A stretch of 63,584 nucleotides of DNA, the filler included, from Vannella sp. (taxonomy: Eukaryota): assembly GCA_023345925.1 (NCBI GenBank). It is 5 parts of 5 records of this genome, joined end to end, with 100 filler letters (N's around TTAATTAATTAA, not from the genome) between each part and the next. Parts side by side here need not be neighbours in the genome. Positions count along the whole stretch, not along the records: positions 17,715 to 32,848 come from JAJQQN010000751.1; positions 32,949 to 39,068 come from JAJQQN010000385.1; 3 more parts are not named here. One strand, written 5' to 3'. A model generated the notes under the pieces. The model worked only from the letters and a program-made list of their open reading frames with translations, was not told the origin of the DNA and did not search any database. Positions 24,208-37,205 of this stretch are shown piece by piece. Positions within the stretch are counted from its first letter, which is position 1. The number at the start of each line of letters is the position of its first letter. Made by a program: the position numbers and the translations under genes.

Positions 24208-24514
24208 CCAAACAACGCGAACCCAACAAACAATGAGTGACACGTGTCACCCTGACTCCCTCCTAGAGCTGGCTCGTTCACAGAGGGCGAAGGAGTCATT
24301 TGCACATGTTTAGGAGGGCAGTGAGACGCGCCTGCTCGCTGGTGGATGAGAGGGCGATGGTGGAGGAAGAGAACAGAGAAGGAGTCTTCGAGGAGTTCAA
24401 ACTCGTGGAGGAAGAGAGTTCACGGCTCCAGTAAACCACACGTCCGCTGGCCACGGTTGAAAAGTGCCTCTGAATCGATCAGGACCTGACCAATGAACAT
24501 AATCTTCAGGGCCG

Positions 24515-26099
24515 ATGGCGGGGCAGTTCTCTTTGGCGGGATTGGATGATCATCTCAACCCTTCACAGCAGTGTGTGAAGCCTTTGCAGGTTCTCAATAG
24601 GAAGAAGAAGCAGCAATCTCGCCCTGAGATGGTCTCCATCAGTATGGATGATGGCGCTTACTTCGAAACGGACAGTCTTGGTCAAAAGAAGATCTTGGAT
24701 GAGGTTCAGATTAGCTTGAATGACTGTTTAGCATGCAGGTAAGACTTTGTCACTCATATAGTACCTGCTTAACTCCTGCAGTGGTTGTATTACCTCGGCA
24801 GAGTCTGTCCTCATCACACAGCAATCAAAGAAGGAGTTTTTCACCACTCTGGAGTCCCAACCGCACCGTAAACTCGTCGTCACACTCTCTCCTCAAGCAA
24901 GAGCTTCGATAGCTGCTCACTTCAAGATCTCTGCCAAGGAGGTGCGCTGCCTTTCATCAGGAATGGGCTGGAATGACCCTTTTACAGGCCCACCAGCGCC
25001 TCACTACACTCTTCAAGAGTTTGGGGGCCCATGTTGTCCTTGATAGCAGCTTTAGTCGAGACTTGAGCCTCCTGGAGTCCCTCAGGGAGTTCACTGATCG
25101 ATATCGGGCGGCACAAACCCTCCCAATCCTCTCGTCAGCGTGTCCAGGGTGGATCTGCTACGCAGAGAAGACGCAAGCAAAGATGATCCCTTATATCAGC
25201 CGGGTTCGCTCACCCCAGCAGATCATGGGAACCCTGGTCAAGGACTTTTGGGCGAACCAAACAAAGGTTCTCCCTTCGGACTTGTACCACGTTGCTATCA
25301 TGCCTTGCTTTGACAAGAAGCTAGAAGCCTCAAGAGATGACTTTTACAGTGAAGAGCACCAAACCAGAGACGTAGACACAGTGCTCACCTCCGCCGAGGT
25401 AATCGACATCATCAAAGACCGAAATGTCAAGTTTCTCGAGCTTCCCATCGGCCCTCTTGATCCAATGTAAGATGGATATGCCTTTCTGGAGTGACTGTGT
25501 TCTCACCACCCTCAGGTTTACGAAACTGGAGAAGGGGGAGCTTGCGGGAGTTCCAGGAGGGTCTGGTGGGTATGCAGAGTTCATTCTCAGGAAGGCTGCC
25601 GCATCTCTATTCGGAATAGAGAACCCCCACATACATACAAAGGTTCGAAAGAACCAGGACTTCAAAGAGATGTGGATCGAGGTCAACGGAAAGCCTGAAC
25701 TCCACTTTGCCCTTGCCTACGGCTTCCGCAACATCCAGACGATCGCTCGGATGACCAAATCAAAGAAGGGTTGCCCTTTCCACTACGTTGAGGTCATGGC
25801 TTGCCCTGGAGGTGAGCACTTAATGGATCGAAGAACAAAGTGATAACATTCGAGCAGGTTGCAACAACGGTGGGGGCCAAATCAAACCCAACGAGGATGA
25901 AACTGCGAAAGACCTCCTGGAAAAGGTAGAGCGCGCCTATTCCTCTGAAGTGCTGGTCCAGGACCCCGACCAAAACGGCGCTGTTCTCGCTCTCTATCAA
26001 GACTGGTTGAAAGGAGGCAAACAGAATGAGGCACTTTATACGAATTATCATGAGATTAAGTCACTGGATTTAGAATTAAGTGCTGCAATTCAATGGTGA
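24515..26099 (+). CDS. NAR1: Cytosolic Fe-S assembly factor NAR1/NARFL (iron-only hydrogenase-like)
   Basis: SQQCVKP, ISLNDCLAC|SGCITSAE, SACPGWICYAEK, MPCFDKKLEASR, YGFRNIQ, EVMACPGGC, ends IQW*. Confidence 0.93.
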
Positions 26100-26172
26100 T
26101 CTTGAAGCGAACGAAAATTTTGGTAAAAAACATCCCTCGTTTGCTGCTTGCTCCTTTTTTTCTGTCTCCGCC

Positions 26173-26688
26173 ATGGTACGTTCCCACCACAGTGGCGGGA
26201 ACCATCAGGAATGGTCTAACCAGGTGATCAGGGTCGCGTAAGGACCAAGACCATCAAGAAGGCCTCCCGTGTCATCATTGAGAAGTACTACCCACGGTTG
26301 ACTCTGGATTTCCAGACCAACAAGAGATTGGCTGAGGAAGTCGCCATCATGCCCTCCAAGAAGATGAGGAACAAGATTGCTGGTTACGTTACCCATCTGA
26401 TGAGACGCATTGAGAAGGGCCCCGTTCGTGGTATCTCCTTCAAACTGCAAGAGGAGGAGCGTGAGCGCAAGGACAACTATGTCCCCGCTGAGTCTGCTGT
26501 CGTTACCTCTGCTCTGCGCATCGACAACTCCACCAACCTCATGTTGGAGGCTATTGGATTCAAGGATCTCCCGTGAGTACCAGAAGGGCGCCTGCTATGA
26601 ATAAGCTAACAGCTGATGTAGTAACGTCACCGTTTCCAACGATCCCCAGCCCAGAACCTTCGGCTACAACGCTCGCAAGAGAACTTAA
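26173..26688 (+). CDS. RPS17: 40S ribosomal protein S17
   Basis: [33 protein letters not shown]...[38 protein letters not shown]; two introns. Confidence 0.97.
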
Positions 26689-26756
26689 GAGCTTGTATCT
26701 TTGTCATAAACTAATCCGGGTAGTATCGTACTGTATTATGTTACAAGTGGGTACAC

Positions 26757-28241
26757 TTATTTACTCTTGTCATGGTTGAAGGCCTGATGCAGCAGTTCCC
26801 CCAAGCACACAATTAGGCTGAGCCCAAAGGCTCCGAATGAAACGGTTGCGAAGAAGAGAAACATCGAATGGATGTCCAAGTCCAGCGCAGACTTTCCAAC
26901 AACGAATTGGATCGCAGTTTGGAGGGAAAGAGCCAAGATCGTCTTGATCGAGAAGATGACTGCGTAGTTCAGGTTCTCCACTAATCTATCATGCAAAGGG
27001 TGAGCATCCTTGCAAAGGAGAGGACTGGAAGAACGCACTCTCGGGCGATCATGACGCTGGAGATGGGGTACATGAACTCAAACAGCGAGTGGTACGCCAC
27101 GAATAGCCCATAGGCTATGAAGAGATTACTAGTCATTCCTAGAAGAAGGAGAAGAGAGCCAGTGATCGCTGGAGCCAGAACGAATGCAAACGGAGCAAAC
27201 CCATTCTGTGACGTTGCCACCGTTCTCTTCAGAGGTGCTGGATAGGTCAAAGATGAAGCTTACCAGTAACTTGAAGGAGAATTGACTCGGTATGAGTGTG
27301 GCAATGGCGGCAATGCCGTAAGCAATGCCGTAGATCACTCCATTGAGATCAGTTGAACCTCCGTCATCGCCCCACAGCGACTGGATGTAGACCAGAACGA
27401 GCTGGTGGATAGCCAAGAAGGTAGCTGACCATAAGATCCACTTGATAACCATCCAGTTGCGCACAGCGCTGAGAACCATCTTGGCATTGTGCTACTTTGA
27501 GTGAGCCAAAGCGCCTTCCCACGGATTGGTTACCTTCACAAGGAGAAACGAACTGCACTGAGGTTGTGTAGGAGTTAGAAATGCAGATAGGACCGTGGCA
27601 ATGGACAAAGCAAGCAAAGTGACAGCGAAAGAAGAGTTAATGCCGACAAAGTTGACCAAAAAGGTGCCTGGAACAGTCAGAAAGCGGTCAAACCTCTCAG
27701 GATCACCTCTAACCTAAGAATGAAGAAGTGATCGAGGAGAGAAGCTGTGTAGATCGCGAGTAGCTCGTCTGGAGGGATCATGAGCTACGAGAATGCGGTT
27801 TCTACCACCTACCGCCTTCAAGAAGTAGGCCTCCGGTATCAAAACGAAGAGATATGATGTGAAGATCACGCCTGATGCTGATCCCAGGCCCTCACACCAC
27901 TGATCCAAGTACATAACGTAAAGATACCCGCTGTGGGAGCTGTAAGTTGTCGGGATGAGAAGCAGGAAGCATCCCATCCATATGGCCACAGAGCCAATGA
28001 TGATACACATCTTATACGAGATGATCTCAGCCACCAGCGCGAGGAGGATGGCGAAGAGGAAGTAGGAATACGTCCACATGGGGAAGATGTCTTGATAGAC
28101 CTGTTTAGACGTGAAGCCCTTCTCATTCACCAGCCAATCCACCAGATAGGCTTCACTGGGCTTGAAGATGACAAAGAACCAATACAGCAGCGCCAGAATG
28201 GCGCCCGCCATGAAAGGATGCTCCCTCAGCCACCCGCTCAT
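26757..28241 (-). CDS. SLC19/reduced folate carrier family (folate/thiamine) transporter
   Basis: KPSEAYLVDWL, IFPMWTYSY, YKMCIIIG, KWILWSA, YIQSLW, NGVIYG, FSIKTILALSLQT; multiple TMs over several exons. Confidence 0.85.
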
Positions 28242-28439
28242 CTTAAAATGACGAGTTTAATACAGTACAGGGTACAAGAAGCCTTTGTAGAGGTCCGGAC
28301 CAACCAATGGCAAAGAGACGCAGCGTTGGAACAAGTCGTTCCACCAATGAGGGGGCTTCAACGCTCTTCTCCGCGTTTAGCAGCGAAGTCTGCGTGTTTG
28401 GCGTGGTATTGGAGTTCCTTTGGATGAGTCTTAGCTTAC

Positions 28440-31277
28440 TTAGCAGAAGAACTGGCGAAAGTTCTCTTCTGTGGCACAGTGGCGTTGGATGACGCGGAAA
28501 GTTTCAATGAGGAGGAGGGGGAACCGGGACGACCAGTATTGAAGGAACCCATCAGGAAGACTCCCCAATTGCTGTTGCATGGGAACGGGTAGGTCTCGGT
28601 AGTGGTGCGTTTTGTTGCGGATAACGCGAAGCAAGTCTCTGAGTTTCTGTCCTCTGTACTTTCGGAATTTGGAGGTTTGGAGCTCTTTCCGCAGAAGGGG
28701 ATCTACAAGAATGAGCCAATCCCGCTTGGGACCGAGAATGTATTGTCGCTGTTCCATATCTAATACGATAGGGTCAGTAGATGCTTCACTCTCCATCCTA
28801 TCCGAAGCTAAGCGGATGAAATCCAGTGCTTTTTCACCGTTCCAGAAAAACGGATGAACTCGGACAGCCTCCGCGGTCATTCGGTCACTGGGTAGGGGAG
28901 CAATCATGCGCTGGATAAGATCCCGAGCCACATGGTCGTCCCCTAACGGACTCAGATTCGGACTTGAAGATAGAATGTTGCGTTCTCGTTCTGTTTTGGA
29001 GCCAAACGGATGTTGTCCCTTCGTGAGAGTGTAGAAGAGAACGCATCCAAGAGCGAAAATGTCCACTTTTTGACTTTGTCTTGAATCGGCTCTCATTTGT
29101 TCAGGAGCTTGCCATCCGAGTGTTCCTCCTGATGTCTGACTAGAGATGGAATATTGGTCATGTTCGAGGCGTTTGGCCAGTCCCATGTCAGATATCTTCA
29201 GCGTCCCGCGGTGGTCAATGAGAATGTTATGAGGCTTGACATCTCGATGGATGATATTCATGGAGTGGATGTGTCTCAGTCCATCAATGATATCCAACAG
29301 CATAGCTTTACTAACCACCATTGAATCAGATTGAACGAGTTGTTCCAAGTCCATTTCACAACAAGAAAGAGCCAAATACACAAAATTTTGATCCTTTTCA
29401 TGAAGGAAGTACCGAACCACGTTGGGATGTTCATCAGAGCGCTGTAACATGCTTATTTCCTTTGCTGCAACATCAAAGTACTCTTGTAACATCCTTTTGA
29501 CGGCCACTTCGCGCCCATCCAGGATTCCTTTGAAGACAATTGTGCCACAACTGCCATATCCCAAGATCTCCTCTTTCACATGGAGCTTTCCAATAGTGAG
29601 AGGAGGGTGTGAATTGGGAGTGGGAGGAGCGGCTCGAGCTCTGTAGATGAGATAACCAGCAATTACAATACCAAGAAGAGACATCCAAACCACATTGAAG
29701 AGGACTAGTTGTCGTTGTTTGGACGTTATCTTACGGTCTTCCAAGGAGACCTCTAAAGGACGTGGTTCCAGGCTCAATGAAAGAGGGGAGCGGACAGTTT
29801 GGTCCTTTCTTCCGCTCGGAAGAAGGAAGGGAGACTCTGTTTGGAAGGGCTTAACCTTATTCAATCCCAATAGACAGAGAGGGAACTCAGGAGAACCCTC
29901 AACACAAAGAGAAAGTGATTGCTGGGTGGGTTCAAAGGCAACTAAGGAGGAATCTGAATCCGCAGGAACATTCGGACTATTTCCACTCCCACCCGAGATT
30001 GCCGGAATGGGAGTTTTGTCCAGTCGAGTGAGAAAAGGCTGCGTTACATAATCTGTGGACACAGGAATAGCGTACAGGCTCCCTTCATGGACTCCAACGA
30101 ACACAGCCGGGAAGCGTTCGTCAACGGATGGCAAGTTCATTGTCAAGTGGGGAGGGAGAATCGGGTCCCGGGGTGGCCAATGTAAGCGCCAGTGATATGG
30201 TCTATCTGGTTCATCTACTGGACTAGAGAAAACCCGCTCCAGGTCAAAGGAAGTTACAATTCCGGAAGTGACTTGGTCCATCCATTCATATCCCTCTCCA
30301 TTGCGTCGATAGATGGCTCCATCGGAAGCTATCAGCACGTTTCCACCTTCTTCAAAGTCCTCCTCCTTCTCCGCACCTGCTGCAGAGGCGGATTGGGGCG
30401 TGTGGAAGTCAGACATGGAGATGTTCCACTTTAGCTCTCCATTGAGCGGGTCTAGAGCCTGGATGTTGTAGGTGACACGTGTTATAATGATAACGTCAAC
30501 CTCCCACTTCTCAGAAAGGCGCGAGGAAGACGTGTGCGGCTCGGTAGACACCCACGAATGAAGAAGTTGGCCCTTCGGCGTCAATGCCCACATCTGCATG
30601 ACCTTAGAGGCCATCCAGAAGGCTCCATCATCAGTATGAAGAGGTGTACCAGCTACTAGTTGCTGGATTGTGGTCCCTACGTTGTGGAGCGAGCCATTGT
30701 TGAAGGTAAAGAGATCACCGCTACTGGAAGGGACCAACAGGAAGGGGTAGGGAGCTCCTGGCGCACAATGGAAGGAGAAGATAGGACTCCCCATATCAAA
30801 CGACCACTTATGCTCCCCATTCCAACGGTCAATAGCCCACACCTTCCCGTTGGCGCCGATGGTAACGATCAAGTCCCTCGGCGACTCCTTTTCCGCGAGG
30901 AACTCGAACTCTGGAGAAGGAGAACGGCGAGAGACATGGTCTATCTCCTCTCCCCTCACCAACACCGCAAGGGCAAGCACGAACAAGGACACAGCGGCCC
31001 AACATCCGGTGAAAGGGCCGTGGCGTGACGTGGCGGCCCCCAACAAATGGACCATTCTCCCCAACAGAGGCTTCCTCGTCCTCTTTGGCGTGTTGTGAAC
31101 ACTTCTGGTAGCCCCAGAAGTTGCCCAGGAGGAGCAAACCGCATCCAAAGGCAGTGCCAATGGGAGTTGCCAGTTCCCTTGTCGTCTGACTCTACGAGAG
31201 AGTCCTTGAAGAGAGCGTTCGCATAGAGAAGCGGTTTGTTGCGAGGAGAAGCTTATTTGTGTACGAGTGGCACTCAC
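28440..31277 (-). CDS. IRE1: IRE1 kinase/endoribonuclease
   Basis: Luminal PQQ-like domain, TM, LGYGSCGTIVF, VAVKRML, HPNVVRY, HRDVKPHN, ISDMGLAK, KEN domain DLLRVIRNKTHHY; real start probably MVHLLG (~31055). Confidence 0.95.
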   Translation of the reverse strand: MSATRTQISFSSQQTASLCERSLQGLSRRVRRQGNWQLPLALPLDAVCSSWATSGATRSVHNTPKRTRKPLLGRMVHLLGAATSRHGPFTGCWAAVSLFVLALAVLVRGEEIDHVSRRSPSPEFEFLAEKESPRDLIVTIGANGKVWAIDRWNGEHKWSFDMGSPIFSFHCAPGAPYPFLLVPSSSGDLFTFNNGSLHNVGTTIQQLVAGTPLHTDDGAFWMASKVMQMWALTPKGQLLHSWVSTEPHTSSSRLSEKWEVDVIIITRVTYNIQALDPLNGELKWNISMSDFHTPQSASAAGAEKEEDFEEGGNVLIASDGAIYRRNGEGYEWMDQVTSGIVTSFDLERVFSSPVDEPDRPYHWRLHWPPRDPILPPHLTMNLPSVDERFPAVFVGVHEGSLYAIPVSTDYVTQPFLTRLDKTPIPAISGGSGNSPNVPADSDSSLVAFEPTQQSLSLCVEGSPEFPLCLLGLNKVKPFQTESPFLLPSGRKDQTVRSPLSLSLEPRPLEVSLEDRKITSKQRQLVLFNVVWMSLLGIVIAGYLIYRARAAPPTPNSHPPLTIGKLHVKEEILGYGSCGTIVFKGILDGREVAVKRMLQEYFDVAAKEISMLQRSDEHPNVVRYFLHEKDQNFVYLALSCCEMDLEQLVQSDSMVVSKAMLLDIIDGLRHIHSMNIIHRDVKPHNILIDHRGTLKISDMGLAKRLEHDQYSISSQTSGGTLGWQAPEQMRADSRQSQKVDIFALGCVLFYTLTKGQHPFGSKTERERNILSSSPNLSPLGDDHVARDLIQRMIAPLPSDRMTAEAVRVHPFFWNGEKALDFIRLASDRMESEASTDPIVLDMEQRQYILGPKRDWLILVDPLLRKELQTSKFRKYRGQKLRDLLRVIRNKTHHYRDLPVPMQQQLGSLPDGFLQYWSSRFPLLLIETFRVIQRHCATEENFRQFFC

Positions 31278-32848
31278 GACTTGTCCTTCTTGAGGAGGTT
31301 GTTGAAGAATGACTTCATCTCGTCCCGATTGATGCTACTTGAGCCACTCTTGGGCGCTGGTGAGCTGACTGGGGTTGTCATTGTGGAGGGAGGTCGTGAG
31401 GAGGTCTTCAGTTGCTCAAAGTAGCTCGCTCTGAAGGCTTCCTTGGCCTCTGGCGTCGCTGCTGGGGAGCCAAACGCCGCGGGAGCGGGGGCGGGGGATT
31501 GGAGAGTGGGCTGAGTGCCATCGCGCTCCTCTTTCTTCTTCTTAACGATCTCCTGTTTCTCCATGGCGTTGCGGTGGCGCTCGAGGAAGGCCTGGTCGTC
31601 CTCTGGCACGACAATTGGAAGGGCAATCTCCTGTTCCAGCACCGAAGAGGGCTTGAGGATCACCTCTTCGAAGGCCTGTTGAGCGTCAGAGCTTGCCTGT
31701 TGGTTACGGAAGTCCACCTGGATCTTCTCTGTCGTGTCCCAGCCGATGGGAACGAAGAGGGCCTCTTTAGCGAGCAGTTGTGCGCGATGGACGAAGTCAA
31801 AGTCGAACAGGAGGTGCTCCAGGTACTCCAAGGCCACGTCACAGTTGAAGTCTTGACGTGTGGAGGTGTAGGTGAGTGCTGCACCGTCTGTTGGGGACGT
31901 GTGTGAGCTAAAAGCGACCCAAACGAGAAGAGGGGACTCACATTGGATGCATTGATGGCGCAGGTGCTGTTGGATGTACTCAAACTCGTCATCTCTGAAG
32001 TGAAAGTTGCGTTCCAGCGTGGCAACTGCATCAACCTTGCAGCAGGCCACGAGAATGGGGATTCCAAGGTTCTTTGTCAGTGCTTGCTCGTCCTCCAGCT
32101 CTGGAACGACCTTTGGGTCGCTTTCAGCGACCATTCAAAGGATCAATACAGTGGGCAAGCTCACCTCCTCTTCTGCGTCTTCTGGAGCCGTTGAGGCGGA
32201 CAGATCGACGACTCTCTTCTTCTTCTGAGCTCCTTCAGCCGGCTCTTGATAGCTATGGAACCTCTTAACCACTGTAGTGCTTGTTAGCGCAGAGAGAGAG
32301 GAGGGGGCGATGGGCGCAGCGTACATTTGGCCTTCAGGGGCTCTGTGAGGTGAGAGGTCAGGCGAAGGCTCTTGAGATGGGCTTTGAGGACATCAAGCCA
32401 CTTCTCAAGAGTCTGAGCAAGCTCCCAAGGCTTCGAGAAGTCGAGGCAGATGAGGACAGCGGTCTTGTGAAGGTTTTCCGCATTGAGGGCGAACTGGAGG
32501 AGCGATTCGTGGTGTCTCTCACCCTCTAGTTGCCACAAGTTGATGCGAGTCAAAGCGTCTGACACTGTACGGTGAGAGCCCGCCGAATACGCCGCCTTGG
32601 GACGAAGAAAGACCGCGCACCTTCTCCTTCGACAACGTCCAAGTACGTGTAGTCAATAGCGAGTCCTTTAGCATCCTTGTGAAGATCCTTGTTCTTGAAC
32701 TTGGACAAAAGCGAGGTCTTCCCACAGTTTCGGTCCCCTAGTCGATCGCACGCGCCCTGGTCAGTCCCTCCCTCCTCACAGCAGACCAAAGCGTACCCAG
32801 GACCACAACAGTTCGCCCTTCAATCGATACCCCTTCCGCCGTGGTGCT
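31274..32848 (-). CDS. Cytoplasmic dynein light intermediate chain, 5' end probably lost at contig end
   Basis: GDRNCGKTSLL, IDYTYLDV, NLWQLEG, LDFSKPW, NLGIPILV, YIQQHLR, GAALTYTS, FVPIGWD, C-terminal FFNNLL. Confidence 0.9.
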
Positions 32849-32948
32849 NNNNNNNNNNNNNNNNNNNNNNNNNNNNNNNNNNNNNNNNNNNNTTAATTAA
32901 TTAANNNNNNNNNNNNNNNNNNNNNNNNNNNNNNNNNNNNNNNNNNNN
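32849..32948. other. Artificial contig linker
   Basis: N-TTAATTAATTAA-N. Confidence 0.97.
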
Positions 32949-34385
32949 CTTCACCACCAAGTCGCTCTTTGTCGGCCACACTGACTTCCAGTACACTCGA
33001 TGGCAAGTGATTGATACCCCTGGTATCCTCGATCATCCATTGGAAGATCGTAACACAATTGAGATGCAATCCATCACCGCGTTGGCCCATCTCCGAGCAG
33101 CCATCCTCTTTGTCATCGACCTGTCGGAGCAGTGCGGCTATTCTCTCACCCAACAGCTTGCTCTGTTGAGTAGCATCAAGCCTCTATTCAGCAACAAGCC
33201 CCTCATCCTTGTCGCCAACAAAATCGACGTGATGACTGTGGAACAGATGCCCGCGGACAACCGCAAGATCCTTGAGGATTTCCTTGCTGAGAGCAAGATC
33301 ACTATGCTTTGTACAAGCACAGTCACCGAGGATGGTATTGCTGAGGTGAAGGAGAAGGCCTGTAGCCAGCTCTTGGCTCAACGCGTGGAGATGAAGATGA
33401 AGGGCAAGCAGGTTCCTGGTCTGATCAATCGCCTTCACGTGGCCACTCCACGTCCTAGAGACAACAAGACTCGTGGTTCTTCAATCCCAGACTCTGTTCG
33501 CGAAAGAAGAGCGAATCCTGTGGAGCCCATGGTTGTGGACCAGGGCAAACCACAAGCTGTCGTCACGATCGGCGGCCCTTCAGCCTTCGAGGTGGATCCA
33601 GACTGGAACCCTCAAATCCACGACAGCGAAGATCTCCGAGGTATGTTCTCCCCAACTGTGCGAAGAGCGGTTACTGATGACTGGAACAGAGTTCTACAAA
33701 CTCCGCAACGATGAGTGGAAGTTCGACAAGATCCCCGAGATCATGGATGGCAAGAACATTGCCGACTTTATCGATCCTGACATCGAACGCCTTCTGGACC
33801 AGCTTGAGGAAGAGGAGATGGAGCAGATGGAACTTTTGCAAAGAGCCATGGAGGAAGAGGATGATGTGGATCTAACAGAAGAAGACAGAGCTCTTCTGAA
33901 GGAGGTTCAGGAGTCCAAGGCTGTCCTCATTCAAAACAGCCGCTTGAAGCAGAAGATGAACAGTGCCCCCATTCCTCGCAAGCACAACGCTGCGAAGACT
34001 ACAGTGAAGGACTTTGAGAAGCACCTTAACGATATGGGAATGGACCCCACCAAGGCCGTGGAGCGGGCCAAGAGCAAGTCGCGAGGACGATCAAGCGCTC
34101 GTCCAGACCACGAAGTTTCAGTCGGCGGCAAGCGCCGAAGGGATCAAGTGGACTTCTCTCCTGGAGAAGGTCTTCGGGATGTCAGCGTAAGTTACACTCA
34201 CTCCTCCCCACTCCCTTCTGACCCTCCCACAGCAAAAGAAGTTCGCCAAAACCATGGAGCGACGCTCACAGAAGACCCGAAACCAAGATGGGCGCATGGG
34301 AGAGGCAGATCGACACGTTTACATCAAGAAGAACAAACATCTCCTCTCTGGCAAGACTGGAAGTGGAACCAAAGATCGCCGCTAA
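32949..34385 (+). CDS. NOG1: Nucleolar GTP-binding protein 1 (NOG1/GTPBP4), 5' truncated
   Basis: [69 protein letters not shown]-terminal GEADR..HLLSGK..GTKDRR*. Confidence 0.95.
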
Positions 34386-34508
34386 TCCCTTCCCGCCCGC
34401 ACTTTTCCCAACAAATCCTTTGTTTGACATTGGCCCTCTCAGATAGTGATTTGGGTTTGAAGGCTATTTAGTGGACGGCCAATCTTGTCACTTGTTCTTG
34501 GTGAGGGC

Positions 34509-37115
34509 ATGGCCGACCTCTCGCTGCTGTATGGGTCCTTGACTGTTTCTGTCATTGAGGCGAAGGGGCTGAAGGATACCGATGGATGGGGAGGGGGGAG
34601 CAGTGATCCTTACGTGAAGGTTTACCTCGACAACTTCTCTATCGTCCGCACCAAGACTGTGATGGACAACAACAACCCCTACTTTGGTGAAGGTGAGGCA
34701 CCCCTCTCTTCCACGCATCCCTCAAGGCGTAACTGTCTGTGTAGTGTTCAAGTTGCAGGTAAATGGCCGTTACAGCCAAATCGTCTTCAAAGTGCGAGAC
34801 CATGATCCCGGTATGGTTGACGATCTCATTGGCTACGCTGCCATGCCATTGGCAACCTTCCTTCAGACCAGTAGGCATACCCCAATCCCCTTTGGCTTGA
34901 GTCTTACAGCCTTTTAGAATCGTACAAGGGCAACGTGATCCTTGGTCCAGAGCCTAACGCAGAGTCCAAGGGCTCGTATGGCCATATTAAGGTCAAAATC
35001 ACGTTCACTAGTAATGAGGAGCTCTTCCGCAGCTACGAGGTGCCTGATGTCAGCTTCCCTTCACGTCAGGGATGCCGTGTGAGCCTGTTCCAAGACGCCC
35101 ATATCGGCTCTGCAGCCTCTTTACTCCCTCCTGTTCGTGTTAAGCCTACCATGAGAACTATTGAGGTTGCTTCCACTGGACAGAAGAAGATGAAGCTCTC
35201 CAAGCGCGAGAAACTCAAGGAAGTTGCCCGACATGCCGTTGATATCAACTCGGATGATAAGGAGTCAAACACCATTGATGCACCACCCACTGCAGAGTGG
35301 GATTACACCCGTCTGAACTGCTGGGAGAAGATCTACAAGGCAATCCTCCACGCGCAGCACTTTATCTACATTACTGGTTGGTCTGTGGACACTTCCATCA
35401 GCCTCCTTAGAGAGCGTCCTATCTACAAGAACGGTTCTACTCCCCAGGACGAGAATGACAACGGAATGCTCACTATTGGAGAGTTGCTCAAGCGGAAGGC
35501 AACTGAAGGTGTCCGCGTCTGCCTCTTGCTCTGGAACGAAGCCACCTCCGTTACTGTTGGGAAGGAAGGGCTCATGTGCACCCACGACGAGATCACACGC
35601 ACCTACTTTGAAGGAACCGGAGTTGTCATCAACTTGGCTTTCCGTGACGGAGATGTGACTTCTGGCAACCAGTTCATGTGGACTCATCACCAGAAGTCAG
35701 TCATCCTCGATGCTCAACCACTGGCGGACGATGGTGTGGAGGCGGAAGAGATCGATGCGGGCAAGCGAAGAATCATCGCCTTTGTTGGAGGTCTGGACAT
35801 GTGCGATGGCCGCTGGGACACTCCCCAGCATACACTCTATCGCTCATTGCAAACTTACCACAAGACTGACTTCCATCCAGTGTGGCCTGGAGTGACAGTA
35901 GAGCACGGGCCACGTGAACCTTGGCATGACATCCACACCCGTGTAGAAGGGCCCATTGCGCGTGATGTGATGCGCAACTTTGAGCAGAGGTGGAGGAAGC
36001 AAGCTTCTGACTCTGCTCACCAGCTAGTGGACTTGGAGGAGCTCCCCATCATCCCCATTGAGGAGGAAGTGGTCTGTGATTCTGACCACTGGAGCTCCTG
36101 GTCTGTTCAGCTCTTCCGTTCGATTGACCACTACTCTGCTATCATGGAGAACGATCAGCCCGTGGACAAGTCCATCCAGTTGGCTTACATTCACCACATC
36201 CGCCGTGCGAACCGGTTTATCTTCATTGAGAACCAATACTTCATTGGGAGCGCTCAGGCATGGGAGAACGGTGCTGGGAAGAACATGCCTTGCGCCAACT
36301 TGATCCCTTTGGAGCTGACAGAGAAGATTGTCGCGAAGATCCACAAGAAGGAACCTTTCGCAGTCTATGTGCTCCTTCCAATGTACCCAGAAGGCATCCC
36401 TGCAGATGGTGCCGTGCAGGAGATCCTCTGTTGGCAGCATAAGACTATCGAGATGATGTACGCACGCATCTACCGCGCCCTTAAGGAGGCAAACCTTCTC
36501 GCCACTCGCAAGCCAGAAGACTACCTTCTCTTCTTCTGCATGGGACAGCGAGAGACTACAGAGGGTTCTCAAGCTATTGGAGGATCCTTTAACGCTGTAG
36601 AGAGGCCTAACCAAGGGATCCTCAACAAGTCTCGGCGGTTCGCCATCTACGTCCACTCGAAGATGATGATCGTAGACGATGATTACATCATCTGCGGCTC
36701 TGCTAACATCAACGAACGCTCTTTGGCAGGTGACAGAGACAGTGAGATTGCTGTTGGAGCCTACCAACCTCACTTTACAAGCGAAAGCTGCAACGGACAA
36801 CCACGCGGAGATGTCCACGCCTTCCGGATGGGATTGTGGCTATCCCACATGCGTCGTGAGCTTCCTTGCTTCCTTCAACCCGAGAACGTTGAGTGCGCTC
36901 GGGCTGTCAACGAAATCGCCCAGAATGCCTGGAAGGTGTTCTCTGGAAAGGAGGTGGTCGAGCAGGAGCCTCACGGCCAGCTTCTCAAGTACCCTCTCGC
37001 CGTCTCCGATGCTGGAAAGGTTGTTGGACTTCCTGGTGCTCCCAATATCCCCGACACGAAAGCACCAGTCGTTGGGTCCGCCAGCTTGCTGCTGCCAGAC
37101 ATGCTCACCTTGTAA
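34509..37115 (+). CDS. Phospholipase D, C2-domain (plant alpha/delta-like) type
   Basis: C2 domain (SDPYVKV), HFIYITGWS, HKD1 THHQKSVILD, PREPWHDIH, IENQYFIG, HKD2 YVHSKMMIVDD..GSANINERS. Confidence 0.93.
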
Positions 37116-37205
37116 GGTGCTTTGTTCCTTTTGAATACAAGACGCTCTTGTCACATGAATAGACTATATGGGGGTACATAGAACGAGTTGCAGCGTCAGG
37201 GTCTT

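Noticed and set aside
24515..26099. [FeFe]-hydrogenase indicating anaerobic metabolism
   Set aside because: Motifs (N-terminal CVKP, CPGW, terminal W) fit the universal NAR1 CIA factor.
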